Below are positions 10,329 to 19,652 of a DNA stretch of 64,000 bases, piece after piece; position 1 is the first letter of the stretch, and every line of letters begins with the position of its first letter. Source of the DNA: an uncultured Desulfosarcina sp. GTDB taxonomy: Bacteria > Desulfobacterota > Desulfobacteria > Desulfobacterales > Desulfosarcinaceae. The DNA lies in NCBI GenBank assembly GCA_963674945.2, contig CAXXWQ010000004.1, forward strand, positions 2,592,001 through 2,656,000. Direction: 5' to 3'. The position numbers and the translations under genes were made by a program. The notes beneath the pieces were generated by a model. The model did no database searches and was not told where the DNA came from. It saw nothing but the letters and a program-made list of their open reading frames with translations.

Positions 10329-11229
10329 GTTTGAACTCCTCTGCCGCCTTTTGCAAATTGGTCGCCCAGTCAGGGGCAAGCGGATCGACGATGATGACGC
10401 GACCCGATATGGACTTTGCGATCTGCCGGGCGCCTTTGGATGAGAACTGGGGCTGCACAAAAATCACCCGAATGTGATTTTCTTTTGCAAATTCGATCAA
10501 TTGGCCGATCTGTGCCGGCTTGGGGCTTTTTCCTTCCAGCTCGATGGGAACCTGCTTCAGGCCATAGGTATGGGCAAAGGTGCCCCAGGAGGGATGAAAC
10601 ACCATGAAAGCACTGCCGCTCAGCCCGTCGAAGGTTTCCCTCAGCCGGGCATCCAAATCGACCAGCGACACCATGAACTGTCTGTAGTTCGCTTCATAAA
10701 CGGTTCGGTGGTTCGGGTCGGCCGCCTGCAGGGCCAAAAGAATCGTCCGTGCCTGCATCATTACCATGGGAGGAGACAACCAGACATGAGGATCGCGTGT
10801 TCCATGGTCGTGGTCGTCCTCTCCTTTTTTCCGGTGCGAGTGTTCTTCTTCATGGTGGTGCCTTGCATCCATGGGCAGCTTCAAGATGCCGTCGTCGGTA
10901 TGAATCACTTTCAAATCGGGATTCATGGCAACGATCTTGTCCAGCCTGGCCGCCTCCATTTCCACGCCGATGGCGAAGTAAAGGAGGGCTTTGGAAAGGG
11001 CCGCCATCTGTTGGGGCCGGGGCTCATAGGTGTGCGGATCGGCCCCCGGCTCCACCAGTACCTGAACGGTTACCAGCTCTCCGCCGATTTGCTCCACGAA
11101 GTAGCGCTGGGGTGCGATGGTGACGAAAACGGATAGCGGCGCAGCGCCGGCCTGGCCCGTGGTCACCCCCCATGCCAGGATTGCTGCGGCCCACAAAAAA
11201 TGCTTGGTGCATGTCATCAGGTCCTCCAT
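10315..11229 (-). CDS. znuA: Zn ABC transporter substrate-binding protein
   Basis: Signal peptide; DPHTYEP, His-rich loop, DPHVWLSP, FHPSWG. Confidence 0.9.
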   Translation of the reverse strand: MEDLMTCTKHFLWAAAILAWGVTTGQAGAAPLSVFVTIAPQRYFVEQIGGELVTVQVLVEPGADPHTYEPRPQQMAALSKALLYFAIGVEMEAARLDKIVAMNPDLKVIHTDDGILKLPMDARHHHEEEHSHRKKGEDDHDHGTRDPHVWLSPPMVMMQARTILLALQAADPNHRTVYEANYRQFMVSLVDLDARLRETFDGLSGSAFMVFHPSWGTFAHTYGLKQVPIELEGKSPKPAQIGQLIEFAKENHIRVIFVQPQFSSKGARQIAKSISGRVIIVDPLAPDWATNLQKAAEEFKHAFR

Positions 11230-11301
11230 CCATCTGTCTTGTCCAGACTTCGTTGCCGCTGGTGCTTTGGGCGAAACAACGCAAAATGAATATGGTTCGT
11301 C

Positions 11302-12303
11302 CTATTCCATCTTCCTGAAGAACATCTTCACAAAGGGGCTTAGGTCCTGGCGTGCCCGGTATTCCATAGGGCTTTGTTGGACAAACCCCAGCCTGCCGTA
11401 AAGGGCCTCCAGTCGTGGATTGTTGGTCAGGGAGATGAAACGGGTATATCCTTGGGTTCGCATCAGATCCATGAACGCATTCACCATATGCACGCCCACC
11501 CGCTGGTTGCGAAACCGTGTGGAGATGGCAACCGCCCCCAGTTCCACGGTCCGGTCGTCGATAATCTTTTTCTCCACGCATCCCACAACGATGCCGTCGA
11601 TGGCGGTGACGTAGAACCGATTCCGGTTTTCGTACAGATATGCCTTGTCTCTGGGCAATAAAAATCCGGAATGTTTGTACATTTCGAGAATGCGGTGAAC
11701 GATGGCCACCTCTTCATCGGATCGAACCGGTCGAAAATCTTCCGTAAAGTCATTGGCGATGAGTGTACCCGAACCCTCCACGGTGAACAATTCATTTTTT
11801 ATGGTATTCTTTCCCGCCGGCAGGATGTGGACACGTTCACATTGGCCGGCTTCGATCCGTTTGCAGATACAGGCCAGCACCCCCTTCAGGTTGACATTGG
11901 CGACCCGACCGTCGAAATCCGCCATAGACCTTCGCACCCGATCGGTGGTGAGGGCGTTGATCTTGTTTCCTTGCCGGTCCACGAGGTATCGACGCTCCAA
12001 CAGGATGACTTTGAACATGGATTTTCGATGGTTGAGCGCCGCATCGTAAAAGTCCGTATCCGGCGGAATCCGGATGATTTCGGTGGATGGCAACCGGCGG
12101 GCCAGTTGTTTCACCCCTTTGCGGTTGGCGAACCGGTTGGGCATGTTGTGCAAGAAGGTGGTCCGGACACCATGGCGCACGAGAAACTTGATGTCGGCAA
12201 TGATATGGTGAAAGTGGTCGCGCAGGATTCCTTCCCGACAGGCGATGAACACCTGTTTGTCGAAAAGTACCCGTTCATATTCTTTCAGATAGAGTCTGGG
12301 CAT
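11302..12303 (-). CDS. ArgA-like protein: reduced amino-acid-kinase-like domain plus GNAT acetyltransferase
   Basis: ERVHIL...ELFTVEGSGTLI typical of the ArgA/ArgB domain end; GNAT with ELGAVAI and RNQRVG acetyl-CoA motif. Confidence 0.7.
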   Translation of the reverse strand: MPRLYLKEYERVLFDKQVFIACREGILRDHFHHIIADIKFLVRHGVRTTFLHNMPNRFANRKGVKQLARRLPSTEIIRIPPDTDFYDAALNHRKSMFKVILLERRYLVDRQGNKINALTTDRVRRSMADFDGRVANVNLKGVLACICKRIEAGQCERVHILPAGKNTIKNELFTVEGSGTLIANDFTEDFRPVRSDEEVAIVHRILEMYKHSGFLLPRDKAYLYENRNRFYVTAIDGIVVGCVEKKIIDDRTVELGAVAISTRFRNQRVGVHMVNAFMDLMRTQGYTRFISLTNNPRLEALYGRLGFVQQSPMEYRARQDLSPFVKMFFRKME

Positions 12304-12382
12304 AACATTATTGCCTGTCCGGGAAACCGTTGCTTCCTTAACGTTAGCGCACTTTAGGCACTTGTTACTTTGGGGACTCTCC

Positions 12383-13726
12383 CTATATACCCGTATAGTT
12401 ACGCGGCGAAATCGCCAATAATTCCTCTTTTACCGAATCGGTCACGTCCAGGGTGTCGATAAAGGCGGCGATGGCCGCCTGGTCGATGGCCCCATGGGTA
12501 CGGGTCAGTTCCAGAAGGGCTTCGTAGGGTTTGGGGTAACCCTCTCGCCGCAAAATGGTCTGAATGCCTTCGGCCACCACGGCCCAGTTCGCGTCCAGAT
12601 CCTTTTCCAGCACCGCCGCGTGTAAGATCAGCTTTCCCAGTCCCCGCCGGATGGACCGAAGTGCGATGAGGGTGTGTCCCATGGGAACGCCGATATTGCG
12701 GCTTACCGTGGAATCGGTCAAATCCCTCTGGAGCCGGGAAATGGGCAGCTTGGCCGACAGGTGTTCAAACACGGCATTGGCCATGCCCAGGTTGCCTTCG
12801 GCGTTTTCAAAATCGATGGGATTGACCTTGTGGGGCATGGCCGACGAACCGATCTCTCCCGCTTTGATCTTCTGTTTGAAATAGTCCATGGAGATGTAGG
12901 TCCAAAGATCGCGGCACAGATCGATCAGGATGGTGTTGATTCGCTTTACGCCATCGAAGAATGCGGCCTGGTGGTCATAATGTTCGATCTGGGTGGTCAC
13001 CTGGGAGCGGAAAAGCCCCAATCGTTCGTCCACCAGACGATTGGCGAAAGCGATCCAGTCGATGTTCGGATAGGCCACATGGTGGGCATTGAAATTGCCG
13101 GTGGCACCGCCGAACTTGGCGGCGAAGGGAATGGCTTTAAGATTCGCCAGCTGTTGGTGGAGACGGTCGACGAACACCGAGATCTCCTTTCCCAATCGAG
13201 TGGGAGAGGCGGGTTGACCATGGGTGCGGGCCAGCATGGGAACGGACTTCCACGCGTCTGCCTTGGCTGTAAGGTCGGCCACCGTTTCGGTAAGGGCCGG
13301 CAGCAATACGTTGTTCCACGCCTCCTTCATGGCCAGGGGCATGGCCGTATTGTTGATGTCCTGGGAGGTGAGGCCAAAGTGAATGAACTCCTTGAATTGG
13401 GATAGGCGCAATCGATCGAAAGCCTCCTTGACGAAATATTCCACGGCTTTGACATCGTGATTGGTCGTCTTCTCGATATCTTTGATCTTGGCGGCATCTT
13501 TCATTGTGAAATCGCGGAAGATTTTTCGAAGTGAGGGAAAGACCGACGGGTCGACATCGGCAAGCTGCGGCAGAGGAATCTGGCAGAGGGCGATGAAGTA
13601 TTCGATTTCCACCCGCACCCGGTATCGGATCAGGGCACCTTCGCTGAAATAGTCCGACAGGGCGGTGGTGGCCCGATGGTAACGGCCGTCCACGGGGGAC
13701 ACGGCGGTAAGGGGGGTAAGCGTCAT
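12383..13726 (-). CDS. purB: Adenylosuccinate lyase
   Basis: SPVDGRY, TNHDVKAVEY, ARTHGQPASP, GSSAMPHKVNPIDFENAEGN fumarase-family signature. Confidence 0.97.
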   Translation of the reverse strand: MTLTPLTAVSPVDGRYHRATTALSDYFSEGALIRYRVRVEIEYFIALCQIPLPQLADVDPSVFPSLRKIFRDFTMKDAAKIKDIEKTTNHDVKAVEYFVKEAFDRLRLSQFKEFIHFGLTSQDINNTAMPLAMKEAWNNVLLPALTETVADLTAKADAWKSVPMLARTHGQPASPTRLGKEISVFVDRLHQQLANLKAIPFAAKFGGATGNFNAHHVAYPNIDWIAFANRLVDERLGLFRSQVTTQIEHYDHQAAFFDGVKRINTILIDLCRDLWTYISMDYFKQKIKAGEIGSSAMPHKVNPIDFENAEGNLGMANAVFEHLSAKLPISRLQRDLTDSTVSRNIGVPMGHTLIALRSIRRGLGKLILHAAVLEKDLDANWAVVAEGIQTILRREGYPKPYEALLELTRTHGAIDQAAIAAFIDTLDVTDSVKEELLAISPRNYTGI

Positions 13727-13824
13727 CTCCGTCTCCTACAGTATCAAAGGTATAATGGCCGCATTGGCTATGTTTTCAAGGCAGCTTATAAAAAAACGGC
13801 TAATCAAAGTCAAAAACTTAAAAC

Positions 13825-13978
13825 TGATGAACTCGTAAAAAGTCGGGTTTCGGACGGCTTCGTAAAAAGTTCGAGATCAAGGCTTGCGAAGCCCGAGGAA
13901 TGAGGCGTATGGTTGGATACGTCGCAGTGACGAGGGATGAAGCGTAACGCCGATATCGGACTTTTTACGAAGCCGTCA
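13825..13978 (+). mobile_element. About 154-bp non-coding MITE/REP-like element, family A, copy 1
   Basis: GACGGCTTCGTAAAAAGT...ACTTTTTACGAAGCCGTC inverted repeats plus an extra outer end TGATGAACTCGTAAAAAGTC; homologous to 40272-40424 and 60670-60822. Confidence 0.85.
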
Positions 13979-16468
13979 AAACTCTCTTATCAACTCCTCC
14001 AACATGGTCTGGCGCAAACCGGTATCGCGGTTTTTGACCGCCATGGCCATGGCCTTTCGCGTACCCACCAGCACGGCCAGCCGTCTGGCCCTGGTCAGGC
14101 CGGTATACAGCAGGTTTCGAAACAGCATTTTAAAATGTTGGGTGAGAACCGGAAGGATCACCACTTCGAATTCGCTCCCCTGGGATTTATGGATGGTGAT
14201 GGCGTATGCCAGGTCGAGTTCGACGACATCATCGTGTTGGTACGTAACGAGGCGATCATCCGGAGAAAAGGAAACGGTGCAGGTAAGCGCCTGGCTGTCG
14301 ATGGCCACAATACGCCCGATATCCCCGTTGAAAACACCCAGATCGTAGTTGTTTCGCCGGTGAATCACCCGGTCACCGGTTCGAAAAATCCGTTCACCCA
14401 CCTTCAGTTGGTGCTTTTCCGCCGATGGTGGATTGGCTGACGCCTGAATCATGGCATTGAGGCTCGATGTGCCGAGGCTGCCCCGGGTCATGGGAGACAA
14501 AATCTGGATTTCGCGGCCAGGGCGGTATTTGGGAATCCATTCCACGTAAAGTCTCCGAACGACTTCCGCGGCAGAAAGCCCTGCGTGCAGCGACGACCAC
14601 GGGTGTACTTTTTTCAACACGGCCAATAGTTCCTGGGAGCGTGATTTGGCCCGAATGACCCGGTTCAGATCCACGTGTTGGAATTTTTTCGGGATCGTCA
14701 GTTCGGTCTCGTAGGGAAGCACCGACTCATGGACACGAAATTCATAAAGGTTTTCCGGACGCGTATCATCCGGAGAAAAAAGGTTCACTTCTTCAGTAAA
14801 AAACCGTTTCACCCGGGCAACGAATCCCAACTGCTCTTTTGTGGCTTCGTCGGAATCGATGAAGAAACAATCCGTCTTGCCGTCGGTCCACACCTTAGGC
14901 CTGTAAAACGGGGATTCCACATGGGGAATTGTGCCTTGATTGATCTCATGGGCATATTGGATGATCAGCGACCGGGCGGCCTGCCGGAAGATGCGGGTCA
15001 GGTGGAAACAGGGAACGATACCGGACGAAATGATGTCTTTTAATACATTTCCGGCCCCTACCGAGGGTAGTTGATCGGCGTCGCCGATGAACAGCACCTG
15101 GCAATTGCCGGGTACCGCCCGCAGCAGGGAGGCCGTAAGGCTGATATCCAGCATGGAACACTCATCAACGATGAGAAAATCCGTGTCCAGAGGGTTTTCC
15201 TCGTCTTTCTTGAATCGGCCCATCCGCCATTCCAACAGGCGATGGATGGTCTTGGACTCCCTGCCGATCACATCTGTCATCCGCTGGGCGGCACGTCCGG
15301 TGGGGGCCGCCAGCATCACCTTTTCCCCCATCGTTTCCAGTACTTTGACCAAAATGAGAATCGTAGTGGTCTTTCCCACGCCGGGACCACCGGTCATGAC
15401 GGAAAACCGCCTTCCCACGATTCCCCGGACTGCCGCCATCTGCTCCTCGCTCAAACGGATTTTGCTCTTTCGGCAATGGTCATGGACTGCTTCAAGCATC
15501 CATTTGTGATCAAGGGCCACAGAACCGTCCATTCCTGCAATCTTTCGGGCGACATATTGCTCATCGAAGAAAAGGGTTCTCGAATAGTAGCAGCGATAGG
15601 ATTCTCTGGCATCGACATTTTTCTGCCGAACCATGAGCAGGCCATCGGCCTCCATTTTCCTGAGTATATCGGGCACACGATCACTCACATCCAGTGCCAA
15701 CAGGTCATTCACCTGATCCAGAATCTGGGATTCGGTCAGATAGCAATGCCCGAACTCCCGGCTGGCGGAAAGGGAGTGGCCGATTCCCGCCACGATTCGC
15801 CGACGACTGTCCCTGGCCAGCCCGATGCTCAGGGCCACCTTGTCGGCCGAGAAAAAACCGATACCGTAAATATCCCGGGCCAACCGATACGGATCCTCGG
15901 TGACGACGGCAATGGCATCATCCCCGTATTCCTTGTAAATCCGTACGGCGAATAGGGTACTGATACCATGGGATTGCAGGAACATCATGACGTCGCGGAT
16001 GGCACGGTGCGCGGACCATGCCTCGGAGATCATCACCAGTTTTTTTTCGGCGATACCCGGCACTTCGGTAAGTCTTCGGATGTCCCCTTCGAAAACCTCC
16101 AGGGTTTCGCTTCCAAAGTGCCTGACGATTTCCCTGGCCGTCTTTGGTCCGACACCTTTGATAAGCCCCGACCCGAGGTACTTTTCCAATGCGCCGCTCG
16201 TGGCCGGTCGGTGCTCGACGGCATGGGTTGCCGAAAATTGCCTTCCATACTTGGGGCTTATGGTCCATGAACCGGAAAATTCCATCGTGGCACCGGCAAA
16301 AACACGGGCTTGATGGACGATGACGGTTTCACGCTGGTGGGGGTTGTCAAAGGGTTGGACGCGTAGCACCGACCAACCGTTTTCCGCGTTGTGGTAGGTC
16401 ACGCGGTCCACGATTCCCCGAAGACGTTCGATGATGACGCCCGTACTGCTGTGTAAAGCCGTTCCCAT
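13976..16468 (-). CDS. recD2: ATP-dependent RecD-like DNA helicase (RecD2/YrrC)
   Basis: N-terminal OB and HhH motifs (IKGVGPKTA, VPGIAEKK), GGPGVGKT, LAAPTGRAA, VDECSM, GDADQLPSVGAG, AITIHKSQGSEF; start uncertain (16468-16507). Confidence 0.93.
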   Translation of the reverse strand: MGTALHSSTGVIIERLRGIVDRVTYHNAENGWSVLRVQPFDNPHQRETVIVHQARVFAGATMEFSGSWTISPKYGRQFSATHAVEHRPATSGALEKYLGSGLIKGVGPKTAREIVRHFGSETLEVFEGDIRRLTEVPGIAEKKLVMISEAWSAHRAIRDVMMFLQSHGISTLFAVRIYKEYGDDAIAVVTEDPYRLARDIYGIGFFSADKVALSIGLARDSRRRIVAGIGHSLSASREFGHCYLTESQILDQVNDLLALDVSDRVPDILRKMEADGLLMVRQKNVDARESYRCYYSRTLFFDEQYVARKIAGMDGSVALDHKWMLEAVHDHCRKSKIRLSEEQMAAVRGIVGRRFSVMTGGPGVGKTTTILILVKVLETMGEKVMLAAPTGRAAQRMTDVIGRESKTIHRLLEWRMGRFKKDEENPLDTDFLIVDECSMLDISLTASLLRAVPGNCQVLFIGDADQLPSVGAGNVLKDIISSGIVPCFHLTRIFRQAARSLIIQYAHEINQGTIPHVESPFYRPKVWTDGKTDCFFIDSDEATKEQLGFVARVKRFFTEEVNLFSPDDTRPENLYEFRVHESVLPYETELTIPKKFQHVDLNRVIRAKSRSQELLAVLKKVHPWSSLHAGLSAAEVVRRLYVEWIPKYRPGREIQILSPMTRGSLGTSSLNAMIQASANPPSAEKHQLKVGERIFRTGDRVIHRRNNYDLGVFNGDIGRIVAIDSQALTCTVSFSPDDRLVTYQHDDVVELDLAYAITIHKSQGSEFEVVILPVLTQHFKMLFRNLLYTGLTRARRLAVLVGTRKAMAMAVKNRDTGLRQTMLEELIREF

Positions 16469-16590
16469 GAGGATTCTTTTTCCCATTATCGACAAGATTT
16501 CATACAATCAACTTGAAACCCGATGATCAAGAAATATATTGAAGAAAACATGCTTGATTAACCTGCCGTCATTTCATAAGGTGCCGAATC

Positions 16591-17388
16591 ATGGGATACG
16601 TATTCGATTTTCACGATGCCAGGCGGTATGACCAGTGGCTCGCCAAACGAAAAAACCGCTTGGCAGCTGATCTGGAGAGCCGGCTCATGCTTAGCATGCT
16701 GGACCCGGTGGCCGGGGAATCGGTGCTGGATATCGGCTGTGGCACCGGGGCATCCTCTCTTCCCCTGCTGGAAAAGGGGTTGGATGTCACCGGGATCGAC
16801 CCATCTCCCTATATGCTGGATATCTTGGCAGAATCGCTGGGAAATCGAATCTCCTTATACCGTGGTGTGGCCGAGGACCTGCCCTTCGATGACAATTCGT
16901 TTAACCATGCCTGCCTGTTTACCAGCCTGGAATTTGTGGATGATCCGGTAAAAGCCCTGGAGGAGGCCTTTCGCGTGGCGAAAGACCGTGTCTTTATCGG
17001 TTTTCTAAACCGCTATGCCTTAACGGGGATCGGCCGCCGCGTACAGGGGATTTTCACGACGATCATCTATAATCGGGCCAACTTTTACAGTGTATGGGAG
17101 ATTAAAAGTATGGTTCGAAGGCTGATGGGAACGGTACCGGTTACCTGGCGGACCGTTTGCCAGTTTCCGGGCCCCTTCAGTGCATGGATGAAGCATATCG
17201 AAGGATCGAATATCGTTCAACGGTTTCCTTTCGGAACCTTTGCAGGCATGACCGTAACACTCGTACCCCGGTTTCGCACCCGTCCCCTGGCGATTCGCTA
17301 CCAACCCAAAAAGGTCGGAAAGGTGGCCACCGGTACTGCCGGTTGCCCCGGAATGGCACCTTCAAACGGGTGGAAACATTTTCCGTAA
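16591..17388 (+). CDS. Class I SAM-dependent methyltransferase
   Basis: VLDIGCGTG, GIDPSPYML, AEDLPFDDNSF. Confidence 0.9.
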   Translation: MGYVFDFHDARRYDQWLAKRKNRLAADLESRLMLSMLDPVAGESVLDIGCGTGASSLPLLEKGLDVTGIDPSPYMLDILAESLGNRISLYRGVAEDLPFDDNSFNHACLFTSLEFVDDPVKALEEAFRVAKDRVFIGFLNRYALTGIGRRVQGIFTTIIYNRANFYSVWEIKSMVRRLMGTVPVTWRTVCQFPGPFSAWMKHIEGSNIVQRFPFGTFAGMTVTLVPRFRTRPLAIRYQPKKVGKVATGTAGCPGMAPSNGWKHFP

Positions 17389-17651
17389 AAAAGTCCTTTT
17401 TCATTGGAATAATGAACGAGTTCCGTAGTAGCTTTTCCAGGCCACGTATGGCCAAACAACCACATGACGGAACGCATTATTATTGACGACTTTCTCAGAA
17501 GAGCCCAAAGGCCATCGGTTCCGTTAGACAAAAACCGGCCAATCCGGTGAGAATCGTTTGACAAATGGCTCCACCAACGATTTAAAGTAAATTATTATTA
17601 CAAAATTCGCGAACTTTTTAGGTGTATCCAAATCGAAAGGCGCTCTGACTC

Positions 17652-18665
17652 ATGGAAGCCTGGCTTTACGAAACCATGAACAACCAACGTGTGCGGTGCC
17701 GGCTTTGCAGTCACATGTGTGTGATCGGCGATGGTGAGCGGGGCATCTGCGGCGTTCGGGAAAACCGGAAAGGTGTCTTACACACGCTGGTATACGGTCG
17801 ATTAATCGCGGCCGGTGATGATCCCATAGAGAAGAAACCGCTATTTCATCTGATGCCGGGCAGCCGCTCCTTTTCCATTGCCACCGTGGGGTGCAACTTT
17901 CGGTGCCGGTTTTGCCAGAATGCCCACATCGCCCAAATTTCGGTGGACCACGAAACACGGATATCTGGCCAGCAGACAACCCCGGAAGAAGTCGTCTCGG
18001 CGGCCAGAAGAAGCGGTTGCACCAGCATCGCATACACCTATACCGAGCCCACCATCTTCTTCGAGTTCGCCTGTGATACGGCCCGGCTGGCCAGCGGGGC
18101 GGGGCTCAAGAATGTGTTTGTCACCAACGGATATATGAGCGACGAGGCCCTTTCGCGTGTCCGTCCCTGGTTGGATGCCGCCAATGTGGATCTGAAGGCC
18201 TTTTCGGATGATTTTTACAAAAAGCAATGCGGCGGCCGCTTGCAGCCGGTCAAAGATACTCTCCGGCGAATGAAATCCTATGACATTTGGGTGGAGGTCA
18301 CCACCTTGATCATTCCCGGACTCAATGACGATGCGGCACAATTGTCTCAGCTCGCAGACTTTATCGTAACAGCGTTGGGACCCGAGACGCCCTGGCACGT
18401 GAGCCGTTTTCATCCTACCCACCGCATGCTCGATCGACATCCGACACCGGTGCAAACCCTTTGTAAGGCAAGAGATATTGGCATTGCGGCGGGACTCAAG
18501 TATGTCTACACGGGAAATATACCCGGTCAGGGAGGAGAAAACACCGTTTGCCCCGGCTGCAAGGAGATGGTCATCGCCCGAAATGGCTTTTCTATCATAG
18601 AAAATCGGTTGAAAAACGGCCGTTGCCCGAGTTGCCAGACGGTTATCGAAGGCATTGCCATGTGA
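17652..18665 (+). CDS. amrS: AmmeMemoRadiSam system radical SAM enzyme
   Basis: CRLCSHMC...GICGVR, DPIEKKPLFH, CNFRCRFCQN, AYTYTEP, ANVDLKAF, WHVSRFHP. Confidence 0.92.
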   Translation: MEAWLYETMNNQRVRCRLCSHMCVIGDGERGICGVRENRKGVLHTLVYGRLIAAGDDPIEKKPLFHLMPGSRSFSIATVGCNFRCRFCQNAHIAQISVDHETRISGQQTTPEEVVSAARRSGCTSIAYTYTEPTIFFEFACDTARLASGAGLKNVFVTNGYMSDEALSRVRPWLDAANVDLKAFSDDFYKKQCGGRLQPVKDTLRRMKSYDIWVEVTTLIIPGLNDDAAQLSQLADFIVTALGPETPWHVSRFHPTHRMLDRHPTPVQTLCKARDIGIAAGLKYVYTGNIPGQGGENTVCPGCKEMVIARNGFSIIENRLKNGRCPSCQTVIEGIAM

Positions 18666-18697
18666 ATTACTGACGATCAGAAGAGAATGCGATAGCC

Positions 18698-19597
18698 ATG
18701 TCGAGTATCGGGAACCTCAATCTGGACCACCTTATCGGCCAGCAGTTTGGAACATCCGTTTTGTTGAAAAAACTGGGGCACGGCGCCATGTCCGCCGTAT
18801 TCGTTGCCTATCAAAAGAGCCTCAAGCGACAGATTGCCGTCAAGATCCTTCCCAAAGCCATCATAACGAAAGAGACTGCGGCCTTTTTCCAGCAGGAAGC
18901 CGAATCGGCGGCAATTCTGTCGCATCCCAACATCATTCCCATTTACGAAGTGGGGGAAACCAAATCGTTTCTTTTTTTCACCATGCAGTTGGTAAAGGGC
19001 AACGCCTTATCTTATTTTATTCGACGGACCCGAAAAAACATCGTTCCTTCAAAACGGTTTATGCCCTTGTCGACGACGATTCCTATCATGCTGAAGATTC
19101 TCGATGCCCTCTCCTATGCCCACGACAACGATATCATCCATCGGGACATCAAACCGGATAACATCATGATCGAGGCCCACTCCAAACGACCCCTGGTCAC
19201 CGATTTCGGCGTGGCCAGGGTTGCCCGAACCACGGGAAATAGCGACAAGATGCTATTGGGAACGCCTGTGTACATTGCACCGGAGCAGATCCTGACCGGC
19301 AAGGTGGATGGACGTGCGGATATGTACAGTGCCGGGACGATGATGATGGAGATGCTCATGGGCGATGTTCCCTATCCGCCGTACAAATCCGCCATGGAGC
19401 TGTTGAAAATGAAGTTGTCGCTCAAAGACCACATTTTTCAGAAACGGCCATCGCAGGTCCACCCCATGGCCAACAAAGAACTGGATGAGATCCTGTTCAA
19501 GGCACTGGCCTTCGATCGGGATCAAAGGTATGGCTCCTGTCGGGAGTTCGCCTCAACCCTGGAAGCATACCACAAAAAGCGATCTTCTCATTGCTGA
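18698..19597 (+). CDS. Soluble Hanks-type Ser/Thr protein kinase (kinase domain only)
   Basis: LGHGAMSAV, AVKIL, HRDIKPDN, DFG, GTPVYIAPE, DMYSAG; no TM segment or sensor domain. Confidence 0.93.
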   Translation: MSSIGNLNLDHLIGQQFGTSVLLKKLGHGAMSAVFVAYQKSLKRQIAVKILPKAIITKETAAFFQQEAESAAILSHPNIIPIYEVGETKSFLFFTMQLVKGNALSYFIRRTRKNIVPSKRFMPLSTTIPIMLKILDALSYAHDNDIIHRDIKPDNIMIEAHSKRPLVTDFGVARVARTTGNSDKMLLGTPVYIAPEQILTGKVDGRADMYSAGTMMMEMLMGDVPYPPYKSAMELLKMKLSLKDHIFQKRPSQVHPMANKELDEILFKALAFDRDQRYGSCREFASTLEAYHKKRSSHC

Positions 19598-19652
19598 TTT
19601 TGGAAGCGAAACCGTTTACCTTCTCATAAATGGAAAATTAGATGAGGTCCCC

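Noticed and set aside
19485..19652. Upstream extension or frameshift fusion of the 810-aa protein with the kinase
   Set aside because: The kinase ends normally after a complete domain, and the ATG at 19653 has its own RBS; no slippery site is evident
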